A stretch of 64,000 nucleotides of DNA, from positions 32,001-96,000 of IMG/VR virus record IMGVR_UViG_3300033485_000002. One strand, given 5' to 3'. Position numbers and translations under genes: made by a program. The notes under the pieces were generated by a model that saw only the letters and a program-made list of their open reading frames with translations, had not been told where the DNA came from and did not search any database. Shown in pieces: positions 60,501 to 64,000 of the stretch. The stretch is from a virus. The stretch's first letter is position 1. Each line of letters starts with the position of its first letter.

Positions 60501-63340
60501 TAAGGGTAGCGGCATCAAGTACGACGCAGATGGCTATGTGGCGGCTGACTATCTCTGTAAGATGTGCAAGGGCACGGGGAGGGTCAAGTGATCCATCAGA
60601 TTAGCTTGGAAGTGGGAGATAAGGTCAAGCTTAACCCGGACATCACAAAGCGCATGAGGTGCATCCAGGACCGAACGTTCAAGCTAGTGATCCCTACTGA
60701 TGTGAAGGAGTGGACGGTCAAGTCGTTGGGGGAAACCATGGTGTCGCTGACTGCCCCAGGGTATGGGGAAAGACCCTATGGCAGCGGGTGTATCACGATG
60801 AACAAGATCGACCTGATCATGGCGATGGAGGACTAATGACCGCAAAAGCTGACGTGCTGGAGTGGCTGACTGAGTGTGCTGAGCAGTATGAGGATGGATT
60901 GTCCAGGGAGGAGCGCAAGAACAAGCGCAAGGTGGCGGCGATGAAAGATAACGTATACCGCGCTGCCATCAAGGAGATCAAGGGGTTGAGGAGGGAGATC
61001 GAGCGCACCGACCTCACCCTGTCCGCGCTGATCACTAAGAACCTCAAGATCCTGGGCATGCTCCGCCTGAATGCTAAGAGCATGGATAAGGTAGACCAGG
61101 AGCTGGAGCACCTGAAGAAGTGGAGCAAGGTGGGCAACTGTTTGATCAGGGTGAGGCAGTCAGATCCTCCGATCCTGGTCAAGCACGAGAACGGAATTAT
61201 TACTGCAAACCTTGATGGCTACGCTATTATCCCAAGGGAGGAGATGTTGTATGGCAGCCCCGATGAACCTGCTGTTTGAGCATCAGGCAAAGGATAAGAT
61301 CTGCCCCATCATCTACATCGGCCAAACCCCAGGGGGATACTGTGTTGGGTCAAGCTGCATGATGTGGCGGTGGGCGGGTGAGCGGGCCGAGGGTGACGCA
61401 GACGTGAAGCACCCGGTGGGCTACTGTGGTCTGTCTGAACTGTCCGAGAGGATTGAATGTCATGAGTAGGGAGAACTTGCTCGAACGGTTGGATAAGAGC
61501 CGGATAGAGGTGGACGACTACTGGAGCTACCTATACGACACGATAGGGGAAGTTCAGGAAGACATCACCACTTTGCGGGAACTGGTGTATGATCTGGTGA
61601 TGCAAACCTGTGCGAGCACCACGGTGCCGGATAAGTTGGACAGCATGGCAATCAGCGCTTATGCGGATGCGATGCGTTACCTGGATACTATCGGGAAGAT
61701 CGTGATCACCGAGGAGCGGGGACGGAGAGTTATTGCCCATCTGCCGGGGGATGACAATGGGGATGCCAATCAAGTCGAAGGGCCACACGACGGAGCATGA
61801 TCTCGGGTGCCTGTGGTGTGTCGTCATATTCTTAGTGCTGGTTGCTGTAGGTGCAGTCATCTACTCGATCATGGGGGTAATGTGAGCGAGTTCGTGCAGG
61901 CGCTGTGGGGTGGCTTCGTGGTCGGGGCGATGATGGGGATGTGCATCGGCATGGTGATGGGCTACAAGCTGGGAAGGGACGACCAATGAGTAAGACGCGG
62001 TTGTGCGATCTATGCGCCTGTCCTATCAAGGACACCAGGAAGAGGATTCGAGTGGTGCCTAAGTTCATCTGGCATCTCCCAACGATAAACGGGGATTTTG
62101 AGGGTAAGCTGGACGTGTGCTATGACTGTTGGTCCTGGTTCAAGCGGTTCATCCAAGAGGGCAAGAAGATCCAGTTTAACCCGGTGGAAGGAGCATTCGA
62201 TGGATCATAAGTCGGTTATGATCGAAAAGGTGGATAATGGCTACGTTATCAGGCTTAATGTGGACGGGCCGATATCGAGTGATTCGGTCACGTATGTTGA
62301 GAAGTTGTGGCTTCAAGCGGCGTGTACGGTGACGGAGTTCTTTGACGAGCAGCTTGCCATCAGCCCGGTAGCGCCACCTATTGTCTCTACCTGGAAGGGT
62401 GAGCCGATCACTGGTCCTCCGGTGTATTCGATTGAGCGGGATGACACGGATCGTTGTTGAGGGGGAGAGATGCCTGATATCACCTGTTGTACGGGGGAAG
62501 GTTGTCCGTTGAAGGATAGCTGTTGGCGCTACACTGCGCCCAAGAATGACTATTGGCAGTCGTATTTCGACTCACCACCATGGGACGAAGAGACATACGA
62601 TTGCAAATACTACTGGCCCCTTGACCCACCGAAGAAGAATGGCACGAAGGTTCCGAAAGGATAGGGGCGTATGAGCGCAGATAACGGCGTGTACATCCTT
62701 TGCACCGAGGGGCCGGAGTACCGGGTTCGCCATCTTCAGGCGGTCGAGAACGTGTACTGGGACGATGAGAAGAAGGAAGAGTGTGACAACCCTGATGTCC
62801 ACATCAAGAACGCTAGGGAGATGTGGAACAATTGTAAGGTATTCACTGATCGCATGCAGGTTTTCGAGGAAGCGAGAAGGATCTATAACGAGATCATGAG
62901 TGACGACTTCTGCCCGGTTTGTGAATACGGCATCTGCACTATTTTGGTCCCGAGGAAGTTTTAAGAGGAGGGGGAGTTATGCTGTGGTTTATCCTGGGTA
63001 TTGCCGTGGGCATCATCGCTTATCAGTACTTTCTCGAACATCCTGATAAGGTCAAGGCTACCTTCAGCAAGCTGTGGCAGATCATCAAGGCTCCCTTCCA
63101 GAAGAAACGCTGATGATCTGGCTCATTTACTTCGTTGGAGTCGGGGTAGCGTTGATCGCGTGTCTGTACTGCATAAGTGTCGTTTTTGACATGGGTCCGC
63201 TGCAAGCTGAAGACACTCTGATGGCTATGATTGCCGCAGTAGTTTGGCCGGTCATTCTTGTGGTCTTCGTGTTCTGGGCCTTCTGTGAGGGGATTGCGAT
63301 AACGTGGAACATGCTCAGTGCGTACTATCGGGGCCGTTAG
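54539..63340 (+). other. Long array of about 30 small hypothetical CDSs, e.g. 54539-54940, 54945-55631, 55638-55871, 55871-56392, 56409-56648, 57138-57575, 57575-57787, 60109-60591 (DnaJ-type CxxCxGxG), 60836-61279, 62470-62664, 62671-62964, 63113-63340
   Basis: Dense coupled + strand ORFs; several zinc-ribbon or membrane proteins. Confidence 0.6.
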
Positions 63341-63406
63341 CTCAGTTGGTAGAGCATTTGTCTTACACGCAAGTGGTCGCTGGTTCAAGTCCAGCACGGC
63401 CCACCA
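63331..63406 (+). tRNA. trnV: tRNA-Val (anticodon TAC) with encoded CCA
   Basis: GGGCCGT/ACGGCCC acceptor stem, GCTC/GAGC D-arm, CTTACAC anticodon loop, GCTGG-TTCAAGT-CCAGC T-arm, ACCA end. Confidence 0.95.
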
Positions 63407-63427
63407 AAAATATTTTCTAAGAACCCC

Positions 63428-63456
63428 TTGACAACATCGACCACTTCACCTATCTT
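63428..63456 (+). promoter_or_regulatory. Sigma70-type promoter
   Basis: TTGACA-17 nt-TATCTT, then AGGAGG RBS at 63463. Confidence 0.8.
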
Positions 63457-63476
63457 AGGTACAGGAGGACAATACA

Positions 63477-64000
63477 ATGGTACGTAAGAAGAAAGAAGCG
63501 GTCGCCGAAAACGAAGAGATCCAGGTGTTTAAGGTCGAAAGGGGGGAAGTGTCGTACTGTGTTTTGGGTCTTACTCCACTGATCACGGAAGCGATGAGCG
63601 AGAAGGTGAAGCGGGAGCTGTTGCTGCCCAAGGGCCGTAAGACCGCTGCCGACAAGGCGGGCACGGCCAAGCACGATGTGCTGGAGGAGTACCGCAACAG
63701 CACCTATCAGGCGAAGGACGATACGTCTCCGACTCGGATCGTGATTCCGTCTACTGCCTTCAAGGGTGCGCTCAGGGACGTGGCGACCGATATCCCCGGT
63801 GCCGCAAAGGCGCAGATCGGTCGGTTGGCGTTTGTTAAGGGCTACCATATCCCCGTGTTCGGGGTGCCGCAGCTCATCATGTCGGTGGTTCGTAACTCGG
63901 ACCAGAACCATACTCCTGACATTAGGACTCGGGCGATCCTGCCTCGGTGGGCCTGCTATCTCACGATCGAGTACACGATCCCGCTGTTGAATGATGTTGT
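63477..64000 (+). CDS. Cas7/RAMP-like protein (Vipr-like), 3'-truncated
   Basis: Hand translation: MVRKKKEAV...VLGLTPLIT...IVIPSTAFKGALRDVA...PDIRTRAILPRW... The G.TPLI and IP...FKGALR motifs resemble the N-terminal RRM strand and helix of Cas7/Csm3-type RAMPs. Absent from the ORF track because it has no stop in the window. Confidence 0.75.
   Translation, partial: MVRKKKEAVAENEEIQVFKVERGEVSYCVLGLTPLITEAMSEKVKRELLLPKGRKTAADKAGTAKHDVLEEYRNSTYQAKDDTSPTRIVIPSTAFKGALRDVATDIPGAAKAQIGRLAFVKGYHIPVFGVPQLIMSVVRNSDQNHTPDIRTRAILPRWACYLTIEYTIPLLNDV

Noticed and set aside
63331-63406. Prophage att site at the tRNA
   Set aside because: No integrase, no duplicated tRNA end and no host genes; both flanks look phage-like.
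1-64000. Canonical CRISPR array or cas operon
   Set aside because: I saw no 25-45 bp direct repeats with spacers and no cas1/2/3/9-like ORFs.
1-64000. Stop-codon reassignment
   Set aside because: Core genes are intact in the standard code, and TAG, TGA and TAA all end genes next to downstream starts.

Overview
This window is part of a large lytic dsDNA tailed phage genome, read in the standard code with nearly all genes on the + strand. The two-component spanin implies a diderm host. Layout: end of a tail module and an amidase-holin-spanin lysis cassette (1-5 kb); phosphoesterase, HU/IHF, a split UvsW-like helicase, a DnaB-like helicase and primase (5-13 kb); one minus-strand basic protein and a putative terminus/packaging region (13-15 kb); a GC-rich early-type block of small genes separated by hairpins, including a type II hammerhead ribozyme (15-28 kb); a CobS/CobT-like AAA+/vWA module (28-35 kb); a split UDG-exonuclease/PolA polymerase, UvsY, gp32-like SSB, RecA, SbcD/SbcC, resolvase, NYN and TerS-like genes (37-50 kb); many small hypothetical genes, tRNA-Val(TAC), and a Cas7/RAMP-like gene that runs off the right edge and is missing from the ORF track. 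Top finding: the spacer splitting the polymerase holds 12 perfect GGY-NN pentamers. Read as 'pair two, skip one', the NN dinucleotides specify a codon-phased site, L-F-D-T-(M/I)-(M/I)-L-W-S-T-A-H. This is a diverged version (18/24 nt) of this phage's own exonuclease motif V-Y-D-T-L-M-A-W-S-I-A-H about 240 bp upstream. With the Cas7-like gene, this suggests a VIPR-like non-contiguous RNA-guided system aimed at the polymerase gene of related phages. All protein calls are by motif recognition; no database searches were run.
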